The notes beneath the pieces are model-generated. The model was not told the origin of the DNA, searched no databases, and saw only the letters and a list, made by a program, of their open reading frames with translations. This document shows positions 24,294 through 34,333 of a stretch of 48,272 bases of DNA, in pieces. Numbering within the stretch: position 1 is the first letter of the stretch; each line of letters begins with the position of its first letter. The DNA lies in IMG/VR virus record IMGVR_UViG_3300021082_000036, positions 1-48,272 of that record; one strand, 5' to 3'. Source of the DNA: a virus. Its lineage: Duplodnaviria > Caudoviricetes. The translations under genes were made by a program, and so were the position numbers.

Positions 24294-24697
24294 CCACGCT
24301 GCAGTACACCGAGGTTCTGACCGTCGTCCACTGCACCTGTGGGATCGCCTTCGCCATCCCGACCGACCTTCACTCCCAGATGCTCAGTCACCGGGCGACC
24401 GACCCCGGCAAGACGGTCAGCGTCTACTGCCCCCTCGGTCACAGCTGGCACTTCCTCGGCGAGAGCGAGGCGGCGAAGGCACAGCGTGAGGCAGCGGAGG
24501 CACGTCGCCGCGAGCGAGCGGTGCGCGATCTGCTCACCCAGGAGGAGCGGAGCCACTCGGCAACCAAGGGTCAGCTGACGAAGGTGAAGAAGCGCGTGGC
24601 GGCAGGGGTCTGCCCTCACTGCAACCGCACCTTCACGAACGTGCAGCGCCACATGAAGTCCAAGCATCCAGAGGAGTGTTCGCATGTCGAAGGGTAA
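24290..24697 (+). CDS. Zn-finger / coiled-coil protein
   Basis: CTCG, YCPLGH and C2H2-like CPHCNRTF....RHMKSKH. Confidence 0.7.
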   Translation: MTTLQYTEVLTVVHCTCGIAFAIPTDLHSQMLSHRATDPGKTVSVYCPLGHSWHFLGESEAAKAQREAAEARRRERAVRDLLTQEERSHSATKGQLTKVKKRVAAGVCPHCNRTFTNVQRHMKSKHPEECSHVEG

Positions 24698-24917
24698 GGT
24701 CCGGCTCCACGTCCAGCGCGGCGTCGGGATGACGAGCGTCTCCTTCGAGGCACCCGCCGAGGATCGCGAGGCGATGGTCGCCGCGGTGAAGGAGGTTCTC
24801 ACGGCGATGCCCGAGTCCACCTTCACGGGCGAGGGCGTCGTGATCTCCTCGATCCCGAGCCACGGGCCGGGCATGGACGGGCCGCAGGGGTTCATCCGGA
24901 AGCCGAACGATGAGTGA
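24684..24917 (+). CDS. hypothetical protein
   Basis: GAGGAG SD. Confidence 0.55.
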   Translation: MSKGKVRLHVQRGVGMTSVSFEAPAEDREAMVAAVKEVLTAMPESTFTGEGVVISSIPSHGPGMDGPQGFIRKPNDE

Positions 24918-25074
24918 CATGGCGTTCCTCGTCGGGACGTTCGTCCTCTGCGCGACGATCACGGTGCTGTCCATCGTCGGCACCTTCGTCACCTCCCCGG
25001 TGATGGCGATCTTTGCGCTCGTCTTCCTGCTCGCATCGTGTCTAGTGCTGGCCGAGATCAGGAATCACCGATGA
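24910..25074 (+). CDS. small membrane protein
   Basis: Two hydrophobic segments; overlaps both neighbours. Confidence 0.5.
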   Translation: MSDMAFLVGTFVLCATITVLSIVGTFVTSPVMAIFALVFLLASCLVLAEIRNHR

Positions 25075-25787
25075 GCCTCGCCCCCGCCGTCCACCCGGAC
25101 ATCCGCGGCGTCGAGGGGAAGGCGCGTCCGGTCGAGGCGACCTGCGCTGCGCCGGGCTGCATCAGCCTCAGCCAGCAGGGCCACCACCTCTGGAGCCGTG
25201 CCTACCTGAGGGGTCAGCCCTACGACTGGGTCAGGCTGCCCTCGGGCCGGGTGATCTCGAACGTGATCGGGCTGTGCATGCGCCATCACAACATGGTCAC
25301 CGGAGGCGTCGGCGGACACCAGGCGATGATCCGGCTGGAGCCTGACGAGACGTTCATCTGGCTGACCCCGGACACGGGCGACATCAACCAGCCCGTCTGG
25401 GTCCATGAGGGCCTGCTCCACCCCCAGCCCTGGTCGGAGACGCCCATCGACACCGAGCCTGCCCGAGCTACGCGCTCGGCAGCCCACGCCCATCCCGACC
25501 TGGCTCCAGGGGAGACGTGCCCGTCTTGCCACTACACGCGCCCTCTGCCGCGTCCTGCGGGGCCGAAGCGGAAGACCAAGACCTACTCGATGCTCGTCCC
25601 CGATGACGCTGAGATCGGCGCTGACGTCCTTGACGAGTGGGTTTCTCAGCTGGCTGCGACCCTCGGCTTCGGCGACGACGTCAGCCAGAGGCTCGTCCGC
25701 TACCACACCATCGTCGCGGCTCTCGCCTGGACGATGCAGCACAGGCAGCAGTTCATCGAAGACATCGCGGAGGTGGCAGCGTCATGA
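25071..25787 (+). CDS. HNH-like / Zn-binding protein
   Basis: CAAPGC...HHLW...NVIGLCMRHH motif. Confidence 0.55.
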   Translation: MSLAPAVHPDIRGVEGKARPVEATCAAPGCISLSQQGHHLWSRAYLRGQPYDWVRLPSGRVISNVIGLCMRHHNMVTGGVGGHQAMIRLEPDETFIWLTPDTGDINQPVWVHEGLLHPQPWSETPIDTEPARATRSAAHAHPDLAPGETCPSCHYTRPLPRPAGPKRKTKTYSMLVPDDAEIGADVLDEWVSQLAATLGFGDDVSQRLVRYHTIVAALAWTMQHRQQFIEDIAEVAAS

Positions 25788-25990
25788 CCGAGGCACAGCG
25801 CAAGGTCTACGACTGGGTGATCGCCTTCATCAACGAGCATGGCTACGCACCGACGGTGCGGCAGATCGGTGCGGCTCTCGGGTACTCGTCCTCGGCGACG
25901 ACCCAGCAGCACCTCAAGGCTCTGGTCGCCAGCGGCTACCTGGAGGGGGAAGGTAGGACCCTGCGACCGGGGAAGGACGCCTCTAGTTGA
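25784..25990 (+). CDS. LexA-type winged-HTH DNA-binding domain protein
   Basis: TEAQRKVYDW...GYAPTVRQIGAALGYSSSATTQQHLKAL..GYL; no peptidase domain. Confidence 0.85.
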   Translation: MTEAQRKVYDWVIAFINEHGYAPTVRQIGAALGYSSSATTQQHLKALVASGYLEGEGRTLRPGKDASS

Positions 25991-25994
25991 GGGG

Positions 25995-26867
25995 CTAGAG
26001 CGTCCGGTCGAGGTGGAGGTGCGGGGCGGCGTGGTTCGCAGAGATGCGTGACAGCGTCTGCCCCGCCCTCACCCTCGTACCAGCAGGCAGCGAGTAGCGC
26101 CCGTCGATGTGGCCGAGCCACCATGTGTGGCCCTCGTCGTCGCGGAAGTACATCGACTGCCCACCCTGCGCCGACCCGAGCCTGACGACTACGCCGTCAC
26201 GGGGAGCGGGGACGGCGGTGCCCGGCTTCGCCATGATGTCGACCGCCGTCTTCGCCCCGTGGTTGAGGTCGAGGCCGTCGGTGACGTGGGTGCCGTGGCC
26301 CGTCCAGGCGTTGACGTTGACCGACCCCTTCGGCAGCGCCACGTTCCCTCCTCCGCCGCCGGGGAACCCGGAGAAGTCGAGCGCTGGCATCTTGCGGTAG
26401 GCGTTCGGCCCGATCCCCCATGCTCCGAAGTCCTTGCCACCCTTGCTCATTGCATAGGCCACCCTTGCATTCGTCTCCGGGTTGAGCAGGTCCTTGTACG
26501 AGGACAGCCCGTACTGCTTCAGCCGCGCAGGCCCGAGCTTGCCGAGCATGTTGATCTGGAAGAGGCCGTAGCTGTCGTCGCCCGTCGAGCGGTCGGGGTT
26601 GTAGGCATCAGCCCTGCCTCCGCTCTCCCGCTTGGCGATGGCCCAGGCCGTCTTCAGCGCCTGCCCCTTGAAGCCAGCCTGCTGCAGGGTGTGGACGAGC
26701 GGGTCGCCGACCCCGCCCGGTACGGAGGTGGAGCCGAAGCTCGGCGGTGGCGTCAGCCCGAGGTCGAAGTCCGGTGGGTCGGAAAGATCAAGGAAAGATC
26801 TTTCCGTCTTCTTTCCCTGGTCGAGCAGCAGGTCGGCTGCGCTCAGGGTGGGGAGCTTGAAGGCCAT
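25995..26867 (-). CDS. virion-associated peptidoglycan hydrolase (SLT transglycosylase plus M23 peptidase)
   Basis: AIAKRESGG...SYGLFQIN (SLT); AVDI...G..V.AP.DG.V, LGH and PHLH (M23). Confidence 0.85.
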   Translation of the reverse strand: MAFKLPTLSAADLLLDQGKKTERSFLDLSDPPDFDLGLTPPPSFGSTSVPGGVGDPLVHTLQQAGFKGQALKTAWAIAKRESGGRADAYNPDRSTGDDSYGLFQINMLGKLGPARLKQYGLSSYKDLLNPETNARVAYAMSKGGKDFGAWGIGPNAYRKMPALDFSGFPGGGGGNVALPKGSVNVNAWTGHGTHVTDGLDLNHGAKTAVDIMAKPGTAVPAPRDGVVVRLGSAQGGQSMYFRDDEGHTWWLGHIDGRYSLPAGTRVRAGQTLSRISANHAAPHLHLDRTL

Positions 26868-29800
26868 CAGCCTGGAGCGTAGGGGTCAGCGCTCGGCGAG
26901 TTGTCCACCGGAGCGTAGGGATCCTCGCCTCCCGCCGGGCCAGAGTCAGGCGCGTAGGGATCGTCGTCGCCTCCGCCGCCACCTCCGCCTGTCGACTTCG
27001 GCTTCTTCGCCCCGTAGCTAGAGAAGCCGATCCCGAAGGTGCCGAAGAAGAGCGCCACGGCTGCAGCTGTGGCTGCGTCGACCGGATCCTTCGGCTCGCG
27101 CCAGACGTCGAGAACGTCACGCAGCATCATCGGCGCGGTCGAGTTGATCGCCTCGCCCTTGAGCGTGACAGGCTCACCGATGAAGGTCTGCCCCCGCAGG
27201 ACATCGAGGCCGATGCCCGTCGTCGGCGCAGCCTTCGACTCCAAGAAGCGGTAGACGATGTCGAGCCGGGACGAGTTGCCGAAGCCACCCTTCAGGTCCT
27301 GCGTCTTGCCTGTCGTCGAGGAGGTCGAGCGCCCGACCGTCAGCCGGGTGAAGAAGACGAGCAGTGGGCCGAACCCCGCCATGATGTCGATCCGGGTGTC
27401 GCCGATCCGGATCTTGCCGAAGTTCGCCGACGTCGGATCCATGCCCACCGTCACGCCCGGCATCTGCGCGGCGACCGCGAGGACCATCCCCGTCGCGAGG
27501 GCGGTGGACATCAGGTTCTTCGTCGCCTCAGCGAAGAGGAACGGGTCGCTCTGGTAGAGCTTGATGTAGTAGGCGGGGCTGATCATGTTGATCCGCGAGG
27601 CGAGTAGCCGCGGCGAGAAGAGGAACGTGTTCAGCAGCGGGGCCGACGTCTCGACCCTGAGCAGATGCGTCTCGGGCAGGACTCCACGACCAGTCATCTG
27701 GTTGACCATCCGGCCAAGGCCCTCGACGAACTCGTCGCTCTCGACGTTGACGCCCTTCGCCCTCGCTGCCTCCATCGTGAGGTCGAAGACGTCCGCTCGC
27801 AGCCTGTGCAGGAACGCCTCGTAGGCACGGCCCGACCACTTCACGGGCGGGATGAACTGCTCCGCGTAGGAGGAGTAGAACTGCTCCTCGCGCATGGCGA
27901 GGTCGGGGCTTGAGGCCGACGTCTCGATGGCGAGCTTGCCGCGCCCGTAGTGGACGAAGTTCTCCCGGTTGGCGATCTCCTCGGCGATGTCGGCTGCCCT
28001 CTCCTCGGAGGAGAGCGCCTTGAACATCGGCTTGAAGGCCTTCGCGAACAGGATCGGGTGCCGGGTGCCTGCGATCAGGCCCTGGCGCAGCGGGGCGGAG
28101 AGGTCGAACGAGGCGGCGATGGAGCGAGGGATGTTCCAGACCTCGACGATCACCTTCTCGATCCCCTTCAGGGTCTGCTTGCGGAAGCCAGCGTCCTTGC
28201 CGAAGACCCTGTTCAGGAGCAGAAGCTCGCTGTCGGTCGGCACCGCTCCCTCGGTGGCTCGGATCACCGCCTCCGCCGCCCGGACCTTCTCGAAGGGGCG
28301 GACCTTGGTCGAGAACCTGATCGACTTGATCAGCGAGGCGACGGCCTCCGGGGTCAGGTCGTCGAGGCCCGTGTACTCCTCCTTGGGAAGCTCGCCCTTC
28401 AGGGCCGAGAGCGCCGAGTGGAACTCGTCCACCCCTTCCTCCCCCGTCCACTCGTCGAACATCTGAGCGATCCGCTTCCCCCGCTCCGCCGAGTAGCCAG
28501 CCTTCTGGGCCTTGCGGATCTTCGGCGCTGTCTTCAGCAGCCGCACCAGCTGCTCGGCGGGAGTCTCGTTCTTGACGAGCATCCGGTCGAAGACCTGCTT
28601 CACCTCGGGGTGGACGTGAGCGCCGATGTTGTTGACGTGCAGGTAGACCTGCCCCATCCAGGCCTTGATCTTGGCGAAGACGCCGTCGAGTTCGGAGGTC
28701 GCCGCCATCCCGTCGTAGACGTAGCGCTCCAGCGCCCTGGCGTAGGCCTCATGGTCGGCGGTCGTGGCGAAGTTGCCGAAGTGGCGGTTGAGGATCGCCC
28801 GGTCGACGTCGTTCAGGTCGGGGAGGACGACGTGGGAAAGCTCATGGATCACGGTCGAGACGTCCGCCCCCTCGAAGAGGTGGATCGCGCTCGTCCCGTC
28901 GGCGAAGAACTCGGACGCCCCCTTCGGGATCGCCTCCCAGGCTCGCTGCTGGTAGTAGGCCATCGGCGCTGCCACCTTCGCCTTGGCGGCGTCGGTCATC
29001 TCGATCACGTAGCCGTCCATCGCATGGACAGCTGGTCCCACCGGGCCAGCGTTCGGGTCGGGCACGATCACATGGACGTAGTGGGCAGGCTTGACGACCA
29101 TCCGCCGCCCGATCTCGACGCCGATCTCGCCGTTCGCGTACGCGGCCTGCACGATCCCCGGCCCCTCGACCGTCATCACCCTGTCGCCGCGCTTCGGCTC
29201 GGGGAAGGTCGGATCCTCCATGTACCTGACCCCGTCGATGACGAAGTCGTCCTGCGGTGGCTGGCGGCTGAAGGCCCGGCCCTCGTCGGCGTAGCCGCCG
29301 TGGAAGATCCCCTGCTTGACCGCCCCCGTCTCGCCCATCTCCTTCTCGAAGATCTTCTGCACCTTGCCAGCCTCGTTGCCCTGGCCGTAGAGATCCATGA
29401 ACCCCTTCACCATCCCCTCGCGGTGAGCGGGGTCGTTGGCGTAGGCCTGGATCTCGGCCTGGCTCATCCCGGCGGCGTCGTCCCGCAGCTTGGCGACGTC
29501 GTTCTGCCAGTTCGGGTTGTCGTGGATCTGGATCGCCCGGCCCTTCGGGGTCACCCGGTAGGCCTGGTTGCGGATCGCCTGGACATCCCCCTGGACGATG
29601 ATGATCCGCTCGACCCCCGACTCCTGCGCGAAGCGGAGGGTGCGCTTGACGAGCGCCTCCATCTGCTTGGAGCCGAGCGGCGGAGGGCCGGGGACGTTGT
29701 CGCTCAGGTCCCTGAGGTCGTTCAGCTGGTCGCGGTTGGTGCGGTAGAGGTCTTCGAGGTCGGCGATCTCGGCGGCGTAGCGGCTCGGATCCTGCTCCAT

Positions 29801-31861
29801 GATCGCGATGTCCTCGGCGATCCGGCGCGACTGATCCTCCAGGTCCTTGATCCGTGAGTCGGCCTTGTCCGGAACGCTCGCCTCTCCCTCCACCATCGAG
29901 GTCCTCTTCTTGAGCGAACCCCACTGGCTCGCCCAGTCGGACTGCACCTCGTCAACGAGCAGCGCCTTCTTGCCGTCGGTGTCGGTGATCAGGTGCATGC
30001 GGACGTGGCCGACGACGTCGTCCTCGCGCCAGTGGACGTCGCCCTTGCCGACGTAGGAGGAGGGGAACGGGTTGTCTCCGAAGAGGCCGCGCCTGACTCT
30101 CGTCCGCAGCGGCGTCCGCAGCTTCATGAACAACTCGATGTACGGCTCGGCGTCGGTCGGGTCCCTGACGATCAGGCCACCGTCGGCGTAGCTCGCCCAC
30201 ATCGTCGCCGACTCCCCGCCAGCGATCCTGTTCGTGATCAGCTGGCCCGAGTCGCTGCGGTAGATGACCTCGTCGAGGTCGTAGGCGTTGAGCGCCGTCG
30301 CGAGGTGGTACTGGATCTCGGACTTCGGGATCTTCTCGCCCGGCGCGTACTCGGCGAGGAAGGCCTCCATCCCTGAGTCCTCCCACTCGGATGGCTTGAC
30401 CGCGTTGCGAAGCTGTCCCGCCGTCTGCTCCTTCGAGAGTCCCTCCTCGGGCAGCTTCGCCACCTGGGCCGGAAGCTCGGCCCGGAAGACGGGAGTCCCC
30501 ACCCCGACGACGTCGTCGTTGACGAAGTGGCCGCTGCCCTGCTTGAGGACCTGGCGAGCCTGCTCCATCGTCAGGTCGTGCGTCTCCCAGGTCTGGTTCT
30601 CCGGGTCGGTCAGGACCTCGATCTGGAAGTGATCGGGGCCGACCTTGTCGAGCATCGCCGGGTCGCCCTCGAAGGTGTCGAAGTGGACGAGGTTGTCGAC
30701 GCTCGCGTTCACATGCTTGAAGGCAGCCTTCTTGCCGATGGGCCTCTTCGTCTGCCCGGTGAATCCCTCGACAATCCCTTGCCTCGGCCCGGCCTCGGTC
30801 TGGAACCTCGTCGTCCCGCCCGGCGCGAAGTCGGCGAAGTTCCCGGCATGCATCGGCGTCTGCTCGTAGAGCAGGTTCGGGTTCTTGGGGTGCAGGTTCC
30901 GGGCAGCGCTGTCGGTGAGCAGGATCAGGTCGTTCGCCTTCTCCTCTCCGAGCCGCTGCGCCATCGCCGCCTTCCAGGCTGTCCGCTCGGGCGTGTCGGG
31001 CAGAGCCTGGCCGATCTTGCCTGCCACCCTCGCCGCCCGACCGAGCTTCGCCAGCTGGGTGATCTTGCCGAGGGGGAGGATCCCGAGGATTCCGAGGCTG
31101 AGGCCTGCCGCCTCCATCCCCGAGCCGGGCGTGTCGCCGTGGAGCGCGAGGTTGACGAGGCTCTTGCCCCAGATCTCCTCCTGCCCCTCCTCGGAGCCGA
31201 TGAACTTCGCCGTCGCATCGACGGGGCGGACGACAGGCTCTGCCTCCCCGACCACCCGGCCTGCCTTGGCGAGGCCCTGCGGTACACCGCGTGGCCCGGC
31301 GGGGGACTGGTCGAGTAGCGCCCGGAGCGTGTTGCCGGGAACGTCGGCCACCTCTCCTGCCCAGGACTCGATCCCCTTCGCGCCCTTGATCGCCGCCGCC
31401 TTGCCTGCCATCCCGAGGCCGAGCGCGATGTCGTGCGCTGGCTTCCACATCGTGATGTGCTGGCCGAAGGGGAGGTCGATGGTGCTGTGACTGCGGTGCG
31501 GGATCCGCTCGGGGACGGCGTCGAGGTTGTTCCTGCCCGTCGGTGAGGAGATCCTGAGGCCGAGCCGCAGCCGCTCGCGAGCGTGAGTCTCCCGCTTCTG
31601 CCGCGCCTTCTTCTGTGCCGTCGTCTCGGGCTTCGGCTTCTCGGGCTTGAGGACGACGCTCTGCCGCCGCGGCACCTTCTTCGGGCCGCGCTCGTTCTGA
31701 AGCTCGGGCGGGACGAAGATCGAGGTCGCCGCACCGAAGGCGCGAGCGTCCGCGCTCGGCTTGAAGGTCGGCACCGGAGGCCCGAGGACGGGCTTCTTCT
31801 TCCGCTTCGGCACCTTCTTCGCCGCCTGCCGCTCGCGAGCCGTATCGGCGCTGTCGCCCAT
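26867..31861 (-). CDS. large polyvalent / ejection protein
   Basis: 1664 aa in the internal-virion position; LLVDEVQSDW motif, zincin-like ADVSTVIHELSH, and a hydrophobic C-terminal region. Confidence 0.7.
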   Translation of the reverse strand: MGDSADTARERQAAKKVPKRKKKPVLGPPVPTFKPSADARAFGAATSIFVPPELQNERGPKKVPRRQSVVLKPEKPKPETTAQKKARQKRETHARERLRLGLRISSPTGRNNLDAVPERIPHRSHSTIDLPFGQHITMWKPAHDIALGLGMAGKAAAIKGAKGIESWAGEVADVPGNTLRALLDQSPAGPRGVPQGLAKAGRVVGEAEPVVRPVDATAKFIGSEEGQEEIWGKSLVNLALHGDTPGSGMEAAGLSLGILGILPLGKITQLAKLGRAARVAGKIGQALPDTPERTAWKAAMAQRLGEEKANDLILLTDSAARNLHPKNPNLLYEQTPMHAGNFADFAPGGTTRFQTEAGPRQGIVEGFTGQTKRPIGKKAAFKHVNASVDNLVHFDTFEGDPAMLDKVGPDHFQIEVLTDPENQTWETHDLTMEQARQVLKQGSGHFVNDDVVGVGTPVFRAELPAQVAKLPEEGLSKEQTAGQLRNAVKPSEWEDSGMEAFLAEYAPGEKIPKSEIQYHLATALNAYDLDEVIYRSDSGQLITNRIAGGESATMWASYADGGLIVRDPTDAEPYIELFMKLRTPLRTRVRRGLFGDNPFPSSYVGKGDVHWREDDVVGHVRMHLITDTDGKKALLVDEVQSDWASQWGSLKKRTSMVEGEASVPDKADSRIKDLEDQSRRIAEDIAIMEQDPSRYAAEIADLEDLYRTNRDQLNDLRDLSDNVPGPPPLGSKQMEALVKRTLRFAQESGVERIIIVQGDVQAIRNQAYRVTPKGRAIQIHDNPNWQNDVAKLRDDAAGMSQAEIQAYANDPAHREGMVKGFMDLYGQGNEAGKVQKIFEKEMGETGAVKQGIFHGGYADEGRAFSRQPPQDDFVIDGVRYMEDPTFPEPKRGDRVMTVEGPGIVQAAYANGEIGVEIGRRMVVKPAHYVHVIVPDPNAGPVGPAVHAMDGYVIEMTDAAKAKVAAPMAYYQQRAWEAIPKGASEFFADGTSAIHLFEGADVSTVIHELSHVVLPDLNDVDRAILNRHFGNFATTADHEAYARALERYVYDGMAATSELDGVFAKIKAWMGQVYLHVNNIGAHVHPEVKQVFDRMLVKNETPAEQLVRLLKTAPKIRKAQKAGYSAERGKRIAQMFDEWTGEEGVDEFHSALSALKGELPKEEYTGLDDLTPEAVASLIKSIRFSTKVRPFEKVRAAEAVIRATEGAVPTDSELLLLNRVFGKDAGFRKQTLKGIEKVIVEVWNIPRSIAASFDLSAPLRQGLIAGTRHPILFAKAFKPMFKALSSEERAADIAEEIANRENFVHYGRGKLAIETSASSPDLAMREEQFYSSYAEQFIPPVKWSGRAYEAFLHRLRADVFDLTMEAARAKGVNVESDEFVEGLGRMVNQMTGRGVLPETHLLRVETSAPLLNTFLFSPRLLASRINMISPAYYIKLYQSDPFLFAEATKNLMSTALATGMVLAVAAQMPGVTVGMDPTSANFGKIRIGDTRIDIMAGFGPLLVFFTRLTVGRSTSSTTGKTQDLKGGFGNSSRLDIVYRFLESKAAPTTGIGLDVLRGQTFIGEPVTLKGEAINSTAPMMLRDVLDVWREPKDPVDAATAAAVALFFGTFGIGFSSYGAKKPKSTGGGGGGGDDDPYAPDSGPAGGEDPYAPVDNSPSADPYAPG

Positions 31862-31864
31862 GGC

Positions 31865-33346
31865 CTACACCTTAGGGCCGAAGCCGGGGTTGGCCTGCAG
31901 CCAAGACCTCGGAGCATCCACGTTCGGCGATACGAGGTTGTACGCCATCCGCTTGATCTGGGTCGAGGTGTAGCCGATCTCCTTCAGATAGGGACCGATC
32001 ACGTTGATCGTGCGGTACATGATCGTGCCGAAGTTGAGGGTCGCCCGGCGCTGCGCCTCCCGCTTGGCGGTCGCGTACTCCTTCGTCAGCGCGTAGTCCT
32101 TGGCGGTCACGCCCGGAGGCGGGTTGATGTTCGGCGTCTTCGAGGCGATGGCCTTGATCGCCTGGAAGGCAGCTGCCGACCCTGCCTTCTGAGCAGCCGA
32201 GATCGCAGTCCTCTTCGTCGCCGGGGTGGCAGCCTTCGGGTTGCCTGCGTTCGCGGCCCTCGTCGCCGAGGCGTTGGCGCTGATCCGGCTCGACTCCGCG
32301 TTCTGCTGCGAGATCCCGACCCGTGCCTGTTCGAGGATCACGTTCTGCTGCTTGTACCACTGGTCGAGCGCGAACTTCTGGGCCGTGGTCGTGGCCTTGA
32401 TCTTGGCCTCCTGGTACTGGAGGTTGATCTTCTGCTGGGCCTGCTCGATCTGGACCTTCTTCAGGGCCATCGAGGCCTGGAACTCACGCTCGTCCTGGGT
32501 CGCCTTCAGCTGGGCGCTCTGCGCTCCGAGCAGCTGCTCCCGCAGGTCGGACTCCATCTTGGTGCGGTTGATCGTGAGGTCGCCGATCTGGCCCATCAGG
32601 TCGGAGTTGATCTTGGCCCGGTCACCGCTCTCGGCTGCGATCCCCTCCTGCAGGCCACGGTCGGCGAGCGCCTTCGCGGCCTCGTTCATCCACTGCCGCC
32701 CGACCCCGCCCATCCGGGTGTCGTACTCGCCGGGGATCCCGCCGCCGCGGAAGTACTCCGTGTTTGCCTGCGAGGTGGCGTCGAAGCCCGTGCCGCCAGC
32801 ACCGACCCGAGAGAGCGCCTGCTCCTGAGAGGCGAGGTCGGCGAGGAGGGAGTCCCTGACGCCACCCGTCGCTGTGCCTGCGAGGCCCGTGATCGTGCGA
32901 GCGGCCTGCTCCCAGCCGTCCTGCACGTCAACGCCGAAGCCTGCGTTCAGCTTCGCCGCCGCGGCGTAGGCATCCTGCAGCGCGAGCCTCCGACCCTCGG
33001 CTTCCTTACGGAGGCGGTCAGCCTGGTCGTTCAGCACCTTCTGCTGGCTCGACATCGACTCGCTCGCCATCCTCTTGACCCGCTCCTCGATCTGAGCGGG
33101 TGTCTCGATGGTCGAGAAGCTGCCCTGCGGCGTCGTCTTGTTGACGACCTTCGTCGTCAGCTTCGGAGCCTTCGTCGCCACCGTCTTCGGCCCGGCCCAG
33201 TAGCCGAGGCCCTCGGTGAAGCGGACCTCCTGGTTCTTGCCGAGCTTGAGGACGTCCGCGTTCGAGTAGCCAGCCTTCGGCGGGGCCTTCTTGAAGGTCT
33301 GGTAGTTGCGGCCCTTGACTGGGACGGGCTTCGGCTTGATCGCCAT
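31865..33346 (-). CDS. putative internal virion / ejection protein
   Basis: Ala/Gln-rich helical protein between the tail genes and the large ejection gene. Confidence 0.6.
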   Translation of the reverse strand: MAIKPKPVPVKGRNYQTFKKAPPKAGYSNADVLKLGKNQEVRFTEGLGYWAGPKTVATKAPKLTTKVVNKTTPQGSFSTIETPAQIEERVKRMASESMSSQQKVLNDQADRLRKEAEGRRLALQDAYAAAAKLNAGFGVDVQDGWEQAARTITGLAGTATGGVRDSLLADLASQEQALSRVGAGGTGFDATSQANTEYFRGGGIPGEYDTRMGGVGRQWMNEAAKALADRGLQEGIAAESGDRAKINSDLMGQIGDLTINRTKMESDLREQLLGAQSAQLKATQDEREFQASMALKKVQIEQAQQKINLQYQEAKIKATTTAQKFALDQWYKQQNVILEQARVGISQQNAESSRISANASATRAANAGNPKAATPATKRTAISAAQKAGSAAAFQAIKAIASKTPNINPPPGVTAKDYALTKEYATAKREAQRRATLNFGTIMYRTINVIGPYLKEIGYTSTQIKRMAYNLVSPNVDAPRSWLQANPGFGPKV

Positions 33347-34321
33347 CTAGGCCCAGCCGAGGGTCTGAGCGGCACCTGGATGGTTCCTGATCCAGGTCGC
33401 CCGGTTCACTCCCGTCCGTGACAACTCGGCTGCCAGCTGGGCGGCGTTCATCTGCGACCCACCCCAGCTGACCGTGCCGGGCTTCGGGGCAGCGCCCGGT
33501 ACCGGAGAGACGGTGCCACCCGAGGCCGGGATCTCGTAGGTCGACTCGGGCGTCCCCTCCTCCCAGGTGTTCGGGTACTGGGCGGCGAGGCGAGCAGCGG
33601 CGGAGGAGCGAGCAGCCGCGATCTTGTCGGCGATCTGCTGCCTCGTCTGAGCGAGGCCAGCGGTGCCCTCGTCCGCGTAGCCGAGCAGGGAGCGCAGCGC
33701 CGTGTAGTCGCCCTGCTCCTTCGCCTCAAGCGCCCGGCGCGTCGACTCCGTGTTCGCACCCGAGGATCCGATCCCGCGAGCAGCGAGCGCGGCCCTCGAC
33801 TGGCGCAGCCCCTTCGTCATCGCGGCCAGGTTCTGGGCCGTCTGCGAGAACTTGTTCTGCTGCGCTGCCTCGATGGTCGGCGCGTCGATGTACTTCGCGT
33901 AGTCGCCGAGCTTCGAGGAGTCGCCGCCGTAGTCGATGAAGGCCTGGCGCAGCGCCTTCTGGAACGCGCCCTCTGCCTCCCCCGTCAGCTTGTTGCCCTG
34001 CGCCTGCGCTTCGCTGACCTCCCAGTCGCCGGGGATCATCGAGGCCCAGTCGGTGGTGTTCCAGTGGCCGGGCGTGGCAGGCTTGACCGCCGTCACCGCA
34101 GGCGTAAACGAGGAGGCCGGGTTCAGGATGTCTCCCGGCTTGTCGTAGCCGAAGCCCGACATGTCGTTCGCGTTCGTTGCCGCGCCCCAGCCTGCGTTCG
34201 TCGGCTGGTAGACGGGGGTCGCCTTCTTCGGGACGACGTTCAGCTTCTGCACCGGAGCCACGTTGCCCATGTAGTAGTAGGGGCTGCTCTTCGGCACGGT
34301 GGTGGGGGGCTTCAGAGCCAC
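33347..34321 (-). CDS. putative internal virion / ejection protein
   Basis: Ala/Gln-rich; AARGIGSSG motif typical of podovirus ejection proteins. Confidence 0.6.
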   Translation of the reverse strand: MALKPPTTVPKSSPYYYMGNVAPVQKLNVVPKKATPVYQPTNAGWGAATNANDMSGFGYDKPGDILNPASSFTPAVTAVKPATPGHWNTTDWASMIPGDWEVSEAQAQGNKLTGEAEGAFQKALRQAFIDYGGDSSKLGDYAKYIDAPTIEAAQQNKFSQTAQNLAAMTKGLRQSRAALAARGIGSSGANTESTRRALEAKEQGDYTALRSLLGYADEGTAGLAQTRQQIADKIAAARSSAAARLAAQYPNTWEEGTPESTYEIPASGGTVSPVPGAAPKPGTVSWGGSQMNAAQLAAELSRTGVNRATWIRNHPGAAQTLGWA

Positions 34322-34333
34322 GACAGGATGCTA

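Noticed and set aside
26867-31861. Large virion protein as an N4-like or crAss-like virion RNA polymerase reading the hairpins
   Set aside because: I could see no T7-type polymerase motifs or DxDGD motif, and the protein is much smaller than N4 vRNAP.
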